Source: a virus. From it: 64,000 bases of DNA. The stretch is from the IMG/VR virus record IMGVR_UViG_3300024346_000044, positions 1-64,000 of that record. One strand, given 5' to 3'. Positions within the stretch are counted from its first letter, which is position 1; every line of letters starts with the position of its first letter. Shown one piece after another: positions 20,496 through 30,744 of this stretch. A model generated the notes under the pieces. The model had not been told where the DNA came from and made no database searches. It saw nothing but the letters and a program-made list of their open reading frames with translations. The translations under genes were made by a program, and so were the position numbers.

Positions 20496-23400
20496 ATGCC
20501 AAATTGGAAAAAAGTAATTGTATCTGGCAGTGATGCAATATTATCTAATATAACTGCCTCAGGTAATATAAGTGCAAGTGGCGATGTTACTGCAAGTGGA
20601 TTTTTAGGAGAATTTATTGGTAATTTAACTGGAAATGCAGATACCGCAACAATATTAGCAACATCTAGAAATATTAATGGAGTTCCATTTAATGGCTCTT
20701 CAGCTATTACTGTCCCAGCTGCAGGTTCAACCTTAACTGATACTGTACCAATAAGTAAAGGTGGTACCAATTTAACTTCATTAGGTAGTGCTTTACAAGT
20801 ATTAAGAGTAAATGCTGCAGGAAATGGATTAGAATATTCTACATCTACTGTTGGAGATATAACTTCTGTATTAGGTGGAACTGGTATTACTGTTACAGAC
20901 AGCTCAGGACCTTCCCCTTCAGTAGCAATTGATTCTACTGTAGTAACTTTAACTGGTGCTCAAGAATTAACTAATAAGGATTTAACAGGTGCAAGTAATA
21001 CTTTCCCTACTTTTAACCAATCTACTACAGGAAATGCTGCAACCGCTACAATTTTACAAACATCCAGAACAATTGGTGGAGTATCATTTAATGGTTCTGC
21101 AAATATTAGCTTACCTGGTGTAAACTCAACAGGTAATCAAGATACATCAGGAACAGCTGCTTCTTTATCTGCTACCTTAATAACTGGAAGAGGAGGAACA
21201 GGTCTATCTTCTATAGGAACTTCAGGTCAAATATTATCAGTGAATGGAGCAGGAAATGCCCTAGAATATATTACACCAACCGTAGGAGATATAACAGCAA
21301 TTCAAACTACTACGGGTGATCAGATGGTAATTACAAATGGTAATGGTCCAATACCGTCTTTAGCTATAACAACGGCAACAATAGCAGATGCAGGAACAGG
21401 CTTAGCAACAGCTGATCAAATTCATACATTTGTAACTACACAAACAGATGAAACAGCAGCAGATACATCGGGTAATGCCTCAACTTCTACAAAAATTGCT
21501 TCTATTACTAATGCTAATATTGTCCAACTAGCGGCAACTCAAGAACTAACTAATAAAGATTTAACAGGTGCAGGAAATACTTTTCCAACGTTTAATCAAT
21601 CCACCACAGGCAATGCAGCAACTGCAACAACCTTACAAACAGCTAGAAATATTAATGGTGTAAGTTTTAATGGTAGTGCTGCTATAACAATAACTGCAGC
21701 GGGTTCTACACTATCAGACACAGTCCCAATAAGTAAGGGTGGTACAAATTTAACTTCAGTAGGTACAGCGGGTCAAATATTATCAGTGAATGGAGCAGGA
21801 AATGCCCTAGAATATATTACACCAACTGTTGGGGATATTACTGCTATAGAAACTACTACAGGAGATCAAATAGCAATTACAAATGGTAATGGTCCAATAC
21901 CATCTTTAGCAATAACAACAGCAGCGATTGCAAATGGAGGTACTGGATTAGCTACAGCAGACCAAATTCACACCTTTGTAACTACTCAAACAGACGAAAC
22001 AGCAGCAAATACTTCAGGTAATGCGGCTACATCAACTAAAATATCAAGCATTACAAATAGTAATATTGTTCAATTATCATCAACTCAAGCACTGACTAAT
22101 AAGGATTTAACAGGTGCAGGAAATACTTTTCCAACGTTTAATCAAAATACTACGGGTAATGCAGCTACAGCAACTACATTAGAAACCTCTAGAAATATTA
22201 ATGGGGTAGCATTTAATGGTAGTGCTGCTATAACTGTTCCTGCTGCAGGTTCAACCTTAACTGATACAGTTACAGTTGCAAAAGGTGGTACAAATTTAAC
22301 ATCCTTAGGTTCTGCGGGTCAAGTACTATCAGTAAACGGAGCAGGAAATGCTTTAGAATATACCACACCAACAACAGGAGATGTAACAGAAGTAACTTCT
22401 GCAACAACAGACCAAATAACAGTAGCAAATAGTACAGGTCCAAACCCTGCTATTTCAGCAGTAACAGGAGTTATAGCTAATGGGGAAACTTCTTTAGCAA
22501 CAGCTGACCAAATTCATACTTTTGTAACTACACAAACAGATGCTACAGCAGCAGATACAAGTGGAAACGCTGCTACAGCTACAAATGTAGCATATACAGG
22601 TTTAACAGGAACAGTTCCTACTTGGAATCAAAATACATCTGGAACTGCTGCTTCTTTATCTTCTGTCTTAATAACTGGAAGAGGTGGAACAGGTTTAAAT
22701 TCTATAGGAACTGCAGGTCAAGTATTAACAGTAAATGCCGCGGGGAATGGATTAGAATATGCTACTTCTACAACAGGTGATATTACTGGGGTAACTGCAG
22801 GAACAGGATTAACTGGAGGGGGTACGTCAGGTAATGTTACTTTAAATATTGATTCAACCGTAGCTACATTAACAGGTACTCAAACATTAACAAATAAAAC
22901 ATTAACATCTCCTACAATTGGAGATACTAGTAATATTACATTTCCAACATTTAACCAAAACACAACTGGAAACGCTGCTACTGCTACTTTAGCTGATAGT
23001 GCTACTGTATTAGCAACTCCTCGAGCAATTAATGGTGTTAATTTTGATGGTAGTGCTGCTATAACAATAACAGCTGCAGGTTCAACTTTATCAGACACAG
23101 TCCCAATAAGTAAGGGTGGTACAAATTTAACTTCAGTAGGCACAGCAGGTCAAATTCTATCAGTAAACGGAGCAGGAAATGCTTTGGAGTATATTACACC
23201 AACAGTAGGAGATATTACAGCAATTCAAACAACTACAGGAGATCAAATAGCAATTACAAATGGTAATGGTCCTATACCCTCATTAGCAATAACAACGGCA
23301 ACAATAGCAGATGCAGGAACAGGTCTAGCTACTGCAGATCAAATTCACACCTTTGTAACTACTCAAACAGATGCTACAGCAGCAGATACAAGTGGTAACG

Positions 23401-26400
23401 CAGCTACGGCTACAATATTAGAAACAGCTAGAAATATTAATGGTGTAAGTTTTAATGGTTCTGCAAATATTACAATAACAGCAGCAGGTTCTACACTATC
23501 AGACACAGTCCCAATATCAAAAGGAGGTACTGGAGCTACTAGTGCAGGTGCTGCAAGAACATCTTTAGGAGTAGATGCAGCAGGAACAGTTAATTATACA
23601 TTACCAACAGCAGCCGCAAATACATTAGGTGGTGTAAAAATTGGAAGTGGAATTTCAATATCAAGTGGTGTAATATCAGCAGATAATAATGGCACTATAA
23701 CAAGTGTTACAGGAACCGCACCTGTTGCTTCATCAGGAGGGACTACACCTGTTATTTCAATGGCAGCAGCGGATGATAGTACTAATGGATATTTAACTTC
23801 AACAGATTGGTCAACTTTTAATTCAAAAGGTAGTGGTGATGTAACAGAAGTAACTTCTGCAACAACAGACCAAATAACAGTAGCAAATAGCACGGGTCCA
23901 AACCCTGCTATTTCAGCAGTAACGGCAGCAATAGCAAATGCGGGAACAGGATTAGCAACAGCTGACCAAATTCATACCTTTGTAACTACTCAAACAGATG
24001 CAATAGCAGCAAATACATCAGGAACCGCTGCTTCTTTATCCTCTACTTTAATAACTGGAAGAGGGGGAACAGGATTAACTTCTATAGGAAGTGCATTACA
24101 AGTACTAAGAGTAAATGCCGCAGGAAATGCTTTAGAATATGCTACTTCAACAGTTGGTGATATTACTGAAGTTCAATCATCTACTACAAACCAACTTGTA
24201 GTAACAAACGGAGCAGGTCCAATACCATCATTAGCAATAACAACAGCAGCGATTGCAGACGCGGGAACAGGATTAGCAACAGCAGACCAAATTCATACTT
24301 TTGTAACTACTCAAACAGATGAAACAGCAGCCGATACATCTGGTAACGCGGCAACCTCAACAAAAATAGCAAGTATTACAAATTCTAACATTGTTCAATT
24401 AACTTCTACTCAAACATTAACAAATAAAACATTAACATCTCCAACAATTGGAGATACTAGTAATATTACATTCCCAACTTTTAATCAAAATACAACGGGT
24501 AATGCTGCAACAGCTACAACATTAGCAACCGCAAGAACTATTGCAGGTGTATCATTTGATGGATCCGCTAATATATCATTAAATAATAATTCAATTACAA
24601 ATGGTGCAGGATATACTACTAATACAGGTACATTAACTGGTAATGGCGCAACAAATAGAGTTCCGATCTATAATGGGACTACATCATTCACAACAGACTC
24701 AGGATTTACATATTCATCTGATATATTAAGTACAGAAAAATTAAATATAACAGCTATAGCAGCAACTGTATCCGAGAATACTACAATCATGATAGATGGC
24801 GATGGCCAAACATTGACCAGAGAATTAGGTTCAAATGCTTACAATTCAACGACAATCGGTACAAATACAAATGCATTAACAGTTGATAATGCAACAGTTC
24901 AATTAAATTCCGGAACTACATTTAATGGTAGTGCAGCAAGAACATTATCTGCAAAAACAGCAGCAATTGCAAATGGTGGGGCAGCATTAGCAACAGCAGA
25001 CCAGATTCATACATTTGTTACTACACAGACCGATGCTATAGATGCCGATACCTCAGGTAATGCGGCTACAGCTACTATATTAGCAACTGCAAGAACTATT
25101 GCAGGTGTATCATTCAACGGTTCAGCTAATATATCATTAAATAACAACGCAATAACTAATGGAGCAGGTTACACAACAAATGCTGGAACATTAACTGGTA
25201 ATGGTACAACAAATAGAGTTCCAATTTATAATGGAACAACTTCATTTACTACAGATAGTGGATTTACATATTCATCTAATATATTAAGTACAGAAAAATT
25301 AAATATAACAGCTATAGCAGCAACTGTATCCGAGAATACTACAATCATGATAGATGGCGATGGCCAAACATTGACCAGAGAATTAGGTTCAAACGCATTT
25401 AATAGTACAACAATCCCAACTAACAATAACCAATTAACAAACGGAGCTGGGTTTACAACAAATGCTGGAACATTAACTGGAAACGGTACATCAAATAGAG
25501 TTCCAATCTACAATGGAACAACTTCATTTACTACAGATAGTGGATTTACCTATACCGGTAACAAATTAACTGCAGAAGGATTAAATGTAACCGGCCCAAT
25601 ATCAGCATCCATAGGAGCTGCTCCTTACATGAAATTAGATCTGGAAAGACAACTTTTTGGTGACACTGACGGAAATTCTAATGGTGCAACATTTATGTTA
25701 GATCAGACCTTAGGTTTTATTGTAGGATCGCCGATTATATCTTTAGATGGTGCAGTGACAATTAATGACTCAAGCAACGATGTAGACTTTAGAGTTGAAT
25801 CTAACGGCAACGCTAATATGTTGTTTGTAGATGCTGGAAATAATAGAGTTGGTATAGGAACTAATAGTCCAACTGAAGCACTAGATGTCAATGGTGCTTT
25901 TACAGCTACAAGTGTTAGATCTACAAGCGGAGGAACGGATGGTGGTTTTATTTTAAAACAATGGGCAGGTAGTACTAGCTACGCTTTTTTAGGTACTAAT
26001 GGTATGTCAGGAGTAGAGTACTGCATGATATCAGATGGTACTAATACTTTCTTAGGCGCTGGGACAGGTGGAGCTTTAAAATTAAGAGGACCTGCTAATG
26101 ATTCTTCTCCAGAAGTAATTATTAATGGAACTATAGTAGAAGTTAATACTGGTGATCTAAAAGTAACTGATGGATCTATAGCTGTAGGTAATATAACTAA
26201 TTCTACTACAGATGGTAGAATAGACGCTTCAAATGACGTTGTAGCTTTTTCATCATCAGATAAAAAATTAAAAGAAAATATTAAACCAATTAAAAATGCA
26301 TTAGATAAAGTATCTCAAATTTCAGGTGTTGAATTTGATTGGAAAGAATTAACTGAAGAAGAAAAATTATCTATACACGGGAATGAAGGGCATGATGTAG

Positions 26401-26558
26401 GAGTAATAGCACAAGAAATTGAAAAAGTATTACCTGAAGTAGTTCAAACTAGAGATAACGGTTATAAAGCAGTTAAATATGAAAAAATAGTTCCATTATT
26501 AATAGAATCAATAAAAGAATTAAAAGCCGAAATAGAAGAACTTAAAAAATCTAAATAA
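20496..26558 (+). CDS. long tail fibre with repeat modules and C-terminal intramolecular chaperone (peptidase S74)
   Basis: Thr/Ala/Gly-rich repeats; VGIGTNSP; C-terminal SSDKKLKENI..GVIAQEIEKVLPEVV..YEKIVPLLIESIKEL. Confidence 0.9.
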   Translation: MPNWKKVIVSGSDAILSNITASGNISASGDVTASGFLGEFIGNLTGNADTATILATSRNINGVPFNGSSAITVPAAGSTLTDTVPISKGGTNLTSLGSALQVLRVNAAGNGLEYSTSTVGDITSVLGGTGITVTDSSGPSPSVAIDSTVVTLTGAQELTNKDLTGASNTFPTFNQSTTGNAATATILQTSRTIGGVSFNGSANISLPGVNSTGNQDTSGTAASLSATLITGRGGTGLSSIGTSGQILSVNGAGNALEYITPTVGDITAIQTTTGDQMVITNGNGPIPSLAITTATIADAGTGLATADQIHTFVTTQTDETAADTSGNASTSTKIASITNANIVQLAATQELTNKDLTGAGNTFPTFNQSTTGNAATATTLQTARNINGVSFNGSAAITITAAGSTLSDTVPISKGGTNLTSVGTAGQILSVNGAGNALEYITPTVGDITAIETTTGDQIAITNGNGPIPSLAITTAAIANGGTGLATADQIHTFVTTQTDETAANTSGNAATSTKISSITNSNIVQLSSTQALTNKDLTGAGNTFPTFNQNTTGNAATATTLETSRNINGVAFNGSAAITVPAAGSTLTDTVTVAKGGTNLTSLGSAGQVLSVNGAGNALEYTTPTTGDVTEVTSATTDQITVANSTGPNPAISAVTGVIANGETSLATADQIHTFVTTQTDATAADTSGNAATATNVAYTGLTGTVPTWNQNTSGTAASLSSVLITGRGGTGLNSIGTAGQVLTVNAAGNGLEYATSTTGDITGVTAGTGLTGGGTSGNVTLNIDSTVATLTGTQTLTNKTLTSPTIGDTSNITFPTFNQNTTGNAATATLADSATVLATPRAINGVNFDGSAAITITAAGSTLSDTVPISKGGTNLTSVGTAGQILSVNGAGNALEYITPTVGDITAIQTTTGDQIAITNGNGPIPSLAITTATIADAGTGLATADQIHTFVTTQTDATAADTSGNAATATILETARNINGVSFNGSANITITAAGSTLSDTVPISKGGTGATSAGAARTSLGVDAAGTVNYTLPTAAANTLGGVKIGSGISISSGVISADNNGTITSVTGTAPVASSGGTTPVISMAAADDSTNGYLTSTDWSTFNSKGSGDVTEVTSATTDQITVANSTGPNPAISAVTAAIANAGTGLATADQIHTFVTTQTDAIAANTSGTAASLSSTLITGRGGTGLTSIGSALQVLRVNAAGNALEYATSTVGDITEVQSSTTNQLVVTNGAGPIPSLAITTAAIADAGTGLATADQIHTFVTTQTDETAADTSGNAATSTKIASITNSNIVQLTSTQTLTNKTLTSPTIGDTSNITFPTFNQNTTGNAATATTLATARTIAGVSFDGSANISLNNNSITNGAGYTTNTGTLTGNGATNRVPIYNGTTSFTTDSGFTYSSDILSTEKLNITAIAATVSENTTIMIDGDGQTLTRELGSNAYNSTTIGTNTNALTVDNATVQLNSGTTFNGSAARTLSAKTAAIANGGAALATADQIHTFVTTQTDAIDADTSGNAATATILATARTIAGVSFNGSANISLNNNAITNGAGYTTNAGTLTGNGTTNRVPIYNGTTSFTTDSGFTYSSNILSTEKLNITAIAATVSENTTIMIDGDGQTLTRELGSNAFNSTTIPTNNNQLTNGAGFTTNAGTLTGNGTSNRVPIYNGTTSFTTDSGFTYTGNKLTAEGLNVTGPISASIGAAPYMKLDLERQLFGDTDGNSNGATFMLDQTLGFIVGSPIISLDGAVTINDSSNDVDFRVESNGNANMLFVDAGNNRVGIGTNSPTEALDVNGAFTATSVRSTSGGTDGGFILKQWAGSTSYAFLGTNGMSGVEYCMISDGTNTFLGAGTGGALKLRGPANDSSPEVIINGTIVEVNTGDLKVTDGSIAVGNITNSTTDGRIDASNDVVAFSSSDKKLKENIKPIKNALDKVSQISGVEFDWKELTEEEKLSIHGNEGHDVGVIAQEIEKVLPEVVQTRDNGYKAVKYEKIVPLLIESIKELKAEIEELKKSK
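20990..25100 (+). repeat. shuffled internal repeat modules of the long fibre
   Basis: ATADQIHTFVTTQTD x7, TFPTFNQxTTGNAATAT x5, plus AAGSTLxDTVP and VNxAGNALEY modules; boundaries approximate. Confidence 0.85.
24721..25393 (+). repeat. identical ~115 bp direct repeat in the fibre gene
   Basis: atatattaagtacagaaaaa...gaattaggttcaaa at 24721-24835 and 25279-25393. Confidence 0.85.
25565..25882 (+). repeat. 318 bp segment duplicated at 29411-29728 (copy 1)
   Basis: Manual alignment, ungapped, about 17 mismatches. Confidence 0.9.
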
Positions 26559-26992
26559 TGGCATTACCAGCATCAGGACCTATATCTTCAAGTCAAGTAG
26601 CCACTGAATTTAGTGTATCTCAAACTAATATTTCTTTATCAAATTTAGGTACCCAATTATCAACACCTATTACAGCAGGCCAACCAGTTAATTTAGCTAC
26701 TAGTTTCTATGGTCAAAGTAGTGGAGTTTCTGTTACAGCTTGGACTTTTGCTTCAAACAATCAAGAAACATGGGAATCAGTAGAAGATTTTTGTGAAAAC
26801 CTTCCATCTTTTGGCCCTACTCTTTATCATGATGGTTCTGGAACATACCCATCCACAAATGATGTTATATATAGTGACGATCCAGGAACTACTACAGTTC
26901 CGGGGGGGATTTATGGATACCAAGCAGGAAGAACTAAAACTCCATTAACAGTTGATAATAATGGAAAAGTTACTAGTGTAGGAGAATGTTAA
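26558..26992 (+). CDS. fibre-tip/adhesin-like protein (144 aa)
   Basis: MALPASGPISSSQVATEF N-terminus typical of proteins following S74 fibres; start overlaps the fibre stop codon. Confidence 0.55.
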   Translation: MALPASGPISSSQVATEFSVSQTNISLSNLGTQLSTPITAGQPVNLATSFYGQSSGVSVTAWTFASNNQETWESVEDFCENLPSFGPTLYHDGSGTYPSTNDVIYSDDPGTTTVPGGIYGYQAGRTKTPLTVDNNGKVTSVGEC

Positions 26993-27624
26993 TGAATAAC
27001 TTAAATAAACATACAGAATATTTAAATAGTAAAGATAAACATATAGAGTACTTAAATAACAAAGTTTATTTTACAAAAGATAACAGACTATTAACTCCTA
27101 ATGCTCAACCAGTTATGATGGGATGGGAAGATCCCATAATGAAAGATGCAGCATCCTTAATATGTCATAACAAAGGAAAAATACTTAATGTAGGATTTGG
27201 ATTAGGGCTTATAGACACTTACATTCAATCTCATCAAGTACAAGAACATTGGATTATAGAAGCACATCCAGATGTACAAAATAAAATGAAAAATGATGGA
27301 TGGGGTAAAAAATCTAATGTTACCTGTTTGTTTGATAAATGGCAAAATGTTTATGATGAATTGCCTAAATTTGATGGTATTTATTTTGATACTTGGAAAG
27401 AGTCGTTAGATCTATTTCATAAAATAGTACCTAATTTATTAAAACCTGGAGGCAAATACACGTATTGGTCACCTAATGATTTGGAAGTCCATTCTGTATT
27501 TAAAACAAATGAATATAAAGTAGAAAATGGTATTACAAAATTAGATCATATATCATCAAACCAAAAATATTACAATACTTCAAAAGATTTATTTAATTAT
27601 AAACTAATAACTAAAAAATTATAA
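26992..27624 (+). CDS. class I SAM methyltransferase, RMT2/GAMT family (guanidino-N methyltransferase-like)
   Basis: PVMMGWE, ILNVGFGLG, HWIIEAHPDV, FDGIYFDTW, LLKPGG; taATG coupling to the upstream gene. Confidence 0.85.
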   Translation: MNNLNKHTEYLNSKDKHIEYLNNKVYFTKDNRLLTPNAQPVMMGWEDPIMKDAASLICHNKGKILNVGFGLGLIDTYIQSHQVQEHWIIEAHPDVQNKMKNDGWGKKSNVTCLFDKWQNVYDELPKFDGIYFDTWKESLDLFHKIVPNLLKPGGKYTYWSPNDLEVHSVFKTNEYKVENGITKLDHISSNQKYYNTSKDLFNYKLITKKL

Positions 27625-27671
27625 AACTTTTATTCTTTATCTATAATTTACATATTTATAACAAAATTTAA

Positions 27672-30356
27672 ATGGCTAAAAAACTCTCAAAAGTAGGAAT
27701 AGTAACTAATCAATTAGTTCTTCCACATCAAGTCACCCAGTCAATAGATGCATTTACTGGAGAAGAAGATTATGATATTAACTTATCTGGATCTTTAGCA
27801 ATTACTGGTTCTACTACAATTAAATTAGGAGGATTAACAATTTCAGATTCTGTCCTAGGTCCTGGTAGCTTAAATGTAACTAATATTACAGCAAGTAATT
27901 TACAAGTTGTTAATATATCTTCATCATTTGTTACTTCATCAACAATCTATACTTCAGGATCAAATATATTTGGAGATGAACCTTCTGATACACATACTTT
28001 TATAGGAGGTATTACAGCATCAGGTGTTATGAGTGCAAGTGGAGTTGTATTTGGAAGTCAAGTTCGAACCCCTGCAGTTTTTACAAATACAATAACTGAA
28101 AAAACATCTACCTCTGGTGTAACCATAGAGGGTACATTACTTAAAGATAATAATATAAGTACAGCAGGTACTATTACAGCTGGTGGGAATACATCAATAC
28201 CTAGAAACTCTAAATTTATTTTAGATGGAGATGATGGTAGTAATAGTTATATAACTCAAACCACCTCAAACATTTTACAAATAGTAAATCAGGGTAATAC
28301 CTTAATATCAGCAGGATCTGCTAATTTAACATTTACATCTATTCCAGTTATAATTTCTAATCAAAATTTCACAGTAACTGGAGGTGTAATTACAGGTGAT
28401 GGGGCAGGATTAACTAATATACCCGCAGCAGGAATAACTGGATTAAATCTATCTAGGATTGAAAGTGGTAGTGTTACGGCATCTATTTCACCTGATAAAG
28501 GCTTTGAGGTAAATACAAACATAACCTCTTCAGGAAATATAAGTGCTAATGGAAATATACAAAACTTAGATGGTTATGCATTATTCCAAAGAACATCAAC
28601 AGGTGTTGATTCTGTATTAAATGTAAGACAATTATCAACAGGAAATATTGCAGAATTTGGAACTAATACTAACAATGAATTAGTAATAATTAAATCGGAT
28701 GGAAAAGTTGGAATTGGGACTAATTCACCAACTGAAGCACTACATACTAAGACCACAGGCAATACAGTTGCAAAATTTGAAACTTCACTATCTTCAGATT
28801 TAGCAATACAACTAACTAATTCTCAAGGTAGTATGTTCTTTGGACTTGGGGGTGGAGAGGAATTTGCAGTAGGAACAACTTCTGATTTAAATGGAACTGA
28901 TAACTTATTTATAATAGAACAAAATGGCAACGTTGGTATAGGGAATACTAGTCCATCTCAAAAACTTGACGTAACTGGAAATATTAAAGTAAGTGGAGAC
29001 ATAGAGACTGCAACATTTACAAACCCTACACTAGATATAGCAGCTGGATCAGCTAACATGACAGCAAATATACCTTTAACTTTTGGTGCTTTACTAGCAG
29101 CGAATTTAGGTAGATTAGATATAAAACATGATAATTCCAACGGTAGTATTACTAATCGTTCAGGAGATTTAACAATTGGAAACACAGCAGCAAATAGTGA
29201 GATAATATTAGATAGTACAAATGGTGTAAAAATATCTAATATTGCGGATAATAGCAACACTGGATACAAAACAGTAGTAGTTGACACCTCTACTGGACAG
29301 TTATATAGAACTGGATCCTATGGTGGTGGAGGTGGTGGCGGCGGTGCTGGAATATTTATTCAAACAGGTTCATATTATGCTACAACAAATGATTTACAAG
29401 TAACAGGCTCATTAACTGCAGAAGGATTAAATGTAACCAGCGCAATATCAGCATCCATGGGAGCTGCTCCTTACATGAAATTAAATCTAGAAAGACAACT
29501 TTTTGGTGACACTGACGGAAATTCTAATGGTGCAACATTTGTGTTAGATCAGAACTCAGGTTTTGCTGTAGGATCGCCGATTATATCTTTAGATGGTGCA
29601 GTGACAATTAATGACTCAAGCAACAACTACGACTTTAGAGTTGAATCTAACGGCAACGCTAATATGTTGTTTGTAGATGCCGGAACTAATAGAGTTGGTA
29701 TAGGAACTAATAGTCCAACTGAAGCACTTGACGTAACTGGAAATATTGTTGCAAGTGGTGAAATGGAATGTACTAAGTTTGTAGCTAATGCAGCAGGAGG
29801 TTTTGAGTTTGAAATAGACGGAGACAATCAATTCAACATGATACACAATTTTGCTAACAGGTCAATGTTTTTTACAACTGCAGCTGGTACTGGTACTATA
29901 AATTTTGGAACTAATGCTCAAAACTCACAGGTTAGTATAACATCTGCTGGAAATTTAAATGTTGTTAATGATCTAACTGTTGGTGGAAGCGTAACTACAG
30001 GTGCTATAACAGCATCAGGCGATATAAGTTGTAGTTTCCAAGAATCAACAATAACTGCAACAACAGGATCATTTAATCACATTATTACAGATGGTGAAAC
30101 ATTAGAATTTAGAGATGCCACTACAAGAGCAAAAGTAGGAGCTTTAAAATTTGATGCAACTAATGGATTAGAAGTAAAAGATAGTGCGGGTAATGAAGGA
30201 AAATTAAAAACCAAAGAATTAAACATTCCATCTGGAGGTAGTATGATAATAGATGCAAGTCAAATTAATTTTAATAGTTTACCAACTTCAGACCCAGGAG
30301 TAGCAGGACGATTATGGAGAGATTCAAGAGATGGTAAAATCGTTGTATCTGGTTAA
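27672..30356 (+). CDS. mosaic tail fibre protein (894 aa)
   Basis: SGSNIFGD, three VGIG(T/N) repeats, LPTSDPGVAGRLW C-terminus; shares modules with three neighbouring fibres; late motif 27652. Confidence 0.75.
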   Translation: MAKKLSKVGIVTNQLVLPHQVTQSIDAFTGEEDYDINLSGSLAITGSTTIKLGGLTISDSVLGPGSLNVTNITASNLQVVNISSSFVTSSTIYTSGSNIFGDEPSDTHTFIGGITASGVMSASGVVFGSQVRTPAVFTNTITEKTSTSGVTIEGTLLKDNNISTAGTITAGGNTSIPRNSKFILDGDDGSNSYITQTTSNILQIVNQGNTLISAGSANLTFTSIPVIISNQNFTVTGGVITGDGAGLTNIPAAGITGLNLSRIESGSVTASISPDKGFEVNTNITSSGNISANGNIQNLDGYALFQRTSTGVDSVLNVRQLSTGNIAEFGTNTNNELVIIKSDGKVGIGTNSPTEALHTKTTGNTVAKFETSLSSDLAIQLTNSQGSMFFGLGGGEEFAVGTTSDLNGTDNLFIIEQNGNVGIGNTSPSQKLDVTGNIKVSGDIETATFTNPTLDIAAGSANMTANIPLTFGALLAANLGRLDIKHDNSNGSITNRSGDLTIGNTAANSEIILDSTNGVKISNIADNSNTGYKTVVVDTSTGQLYRTGSYGGGGGGGGAGIFIQTGSYYATTNDLQVTGSLTAEGLNVTSAISASMGAAPYMKLNLERQLFGDTDGNSNGATFVLDQNSGFAVGSPIISLDGAVTINDSSNNYDFRVESNGNANMLFVDAGTNRVGIGTNSPTEALDVTGNIVASGEMECTKFVANAAGGFEFEIDGDNQFNMIHNFANRSMFFTTAAGTGTINFGTNAQNSQVSITSAGNLNVVNDLTVGGSVTTGAITASGDISCSFQESTITATTGSFNHIITDGETLEFRDATTRAKVGALKFDATNGLEVKDSAGNEGKLKTKELNIPSGGSMIIDASQINFNSLPTSDPGVAGRLWRDSRDGKIVVSG
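29411..29728 (+). repeat. 318 bp segment duplicated at 25565-25882 (copy 2)
   Basis: Manual alignment with copy 1. Confidence 0.9.
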
Positions 30357-30445
30357 TAATATTATAATTTGGATACCTAAAAAAAACATTTTACATTTAT
30401 CAACAATAAATTACATTTTTAACAAATTAACCGATATTTATAACC

Positions 30446-30700
30446 ATGGAAAAAAAAATAGTTTTAGACAAAAAAGAAATTAGTAAATTAAAAGAATTAA
30501 GACAAAATTTCACCAATTTAACAAATACTTTAGGAAATTTAGAAATTCAAATAATGAATTTAAACATACAAAAAGAATCTCTAAAAGAAACACTTTTAAA
30601 TTTACAAAAAGAAGAAATAGTTTTAGCAAAAGAATTAGAAACTAAGTATGGAGAAGGATCCATTTCTTTAGATTCTGGTGAATTTTTACCCATAAAATAG
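30446..30700 (+). CDS. small coiled-coil protein (84 aa)
   Basis: Coiled coil ending LETKYGEGSISLDSGEF; late motif 30434 and a host-type promoter at 30368-30399. Confidence 0.7.
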   Translation: MEKKIVLDKKEISKLKELRQNFTNLTNTLGNLEIQIMNLNIQKESLKETLLNLQKEEIVLAKELETKYGEGSISLDSGEFLPIK

Positions 30701-30744
30701 ATTTTTAAAAAATTTTGACATATTTATCATAAAAATAACACACA

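Noticed and set aside
20990-25400. CRISPR-like array from regularly recurring repeats
   Set aside because: Repeats are in-frame protein modules with synonymous variation, not identical DNA repeats with unique spacers
29320-29345. GGT/GGC runs here and at ~19039-19059 as contingency repeats or G-quadruplexes
   Set aside because: Explained by poly-Gly hinges in the fibre proteins
25565-29728. Diversity-generating retroelement TR/VR pair
   Set aside because: Mismatches are not confined to adenines of one copy, both copies are coding, and no reverse transcriptase is present in the window
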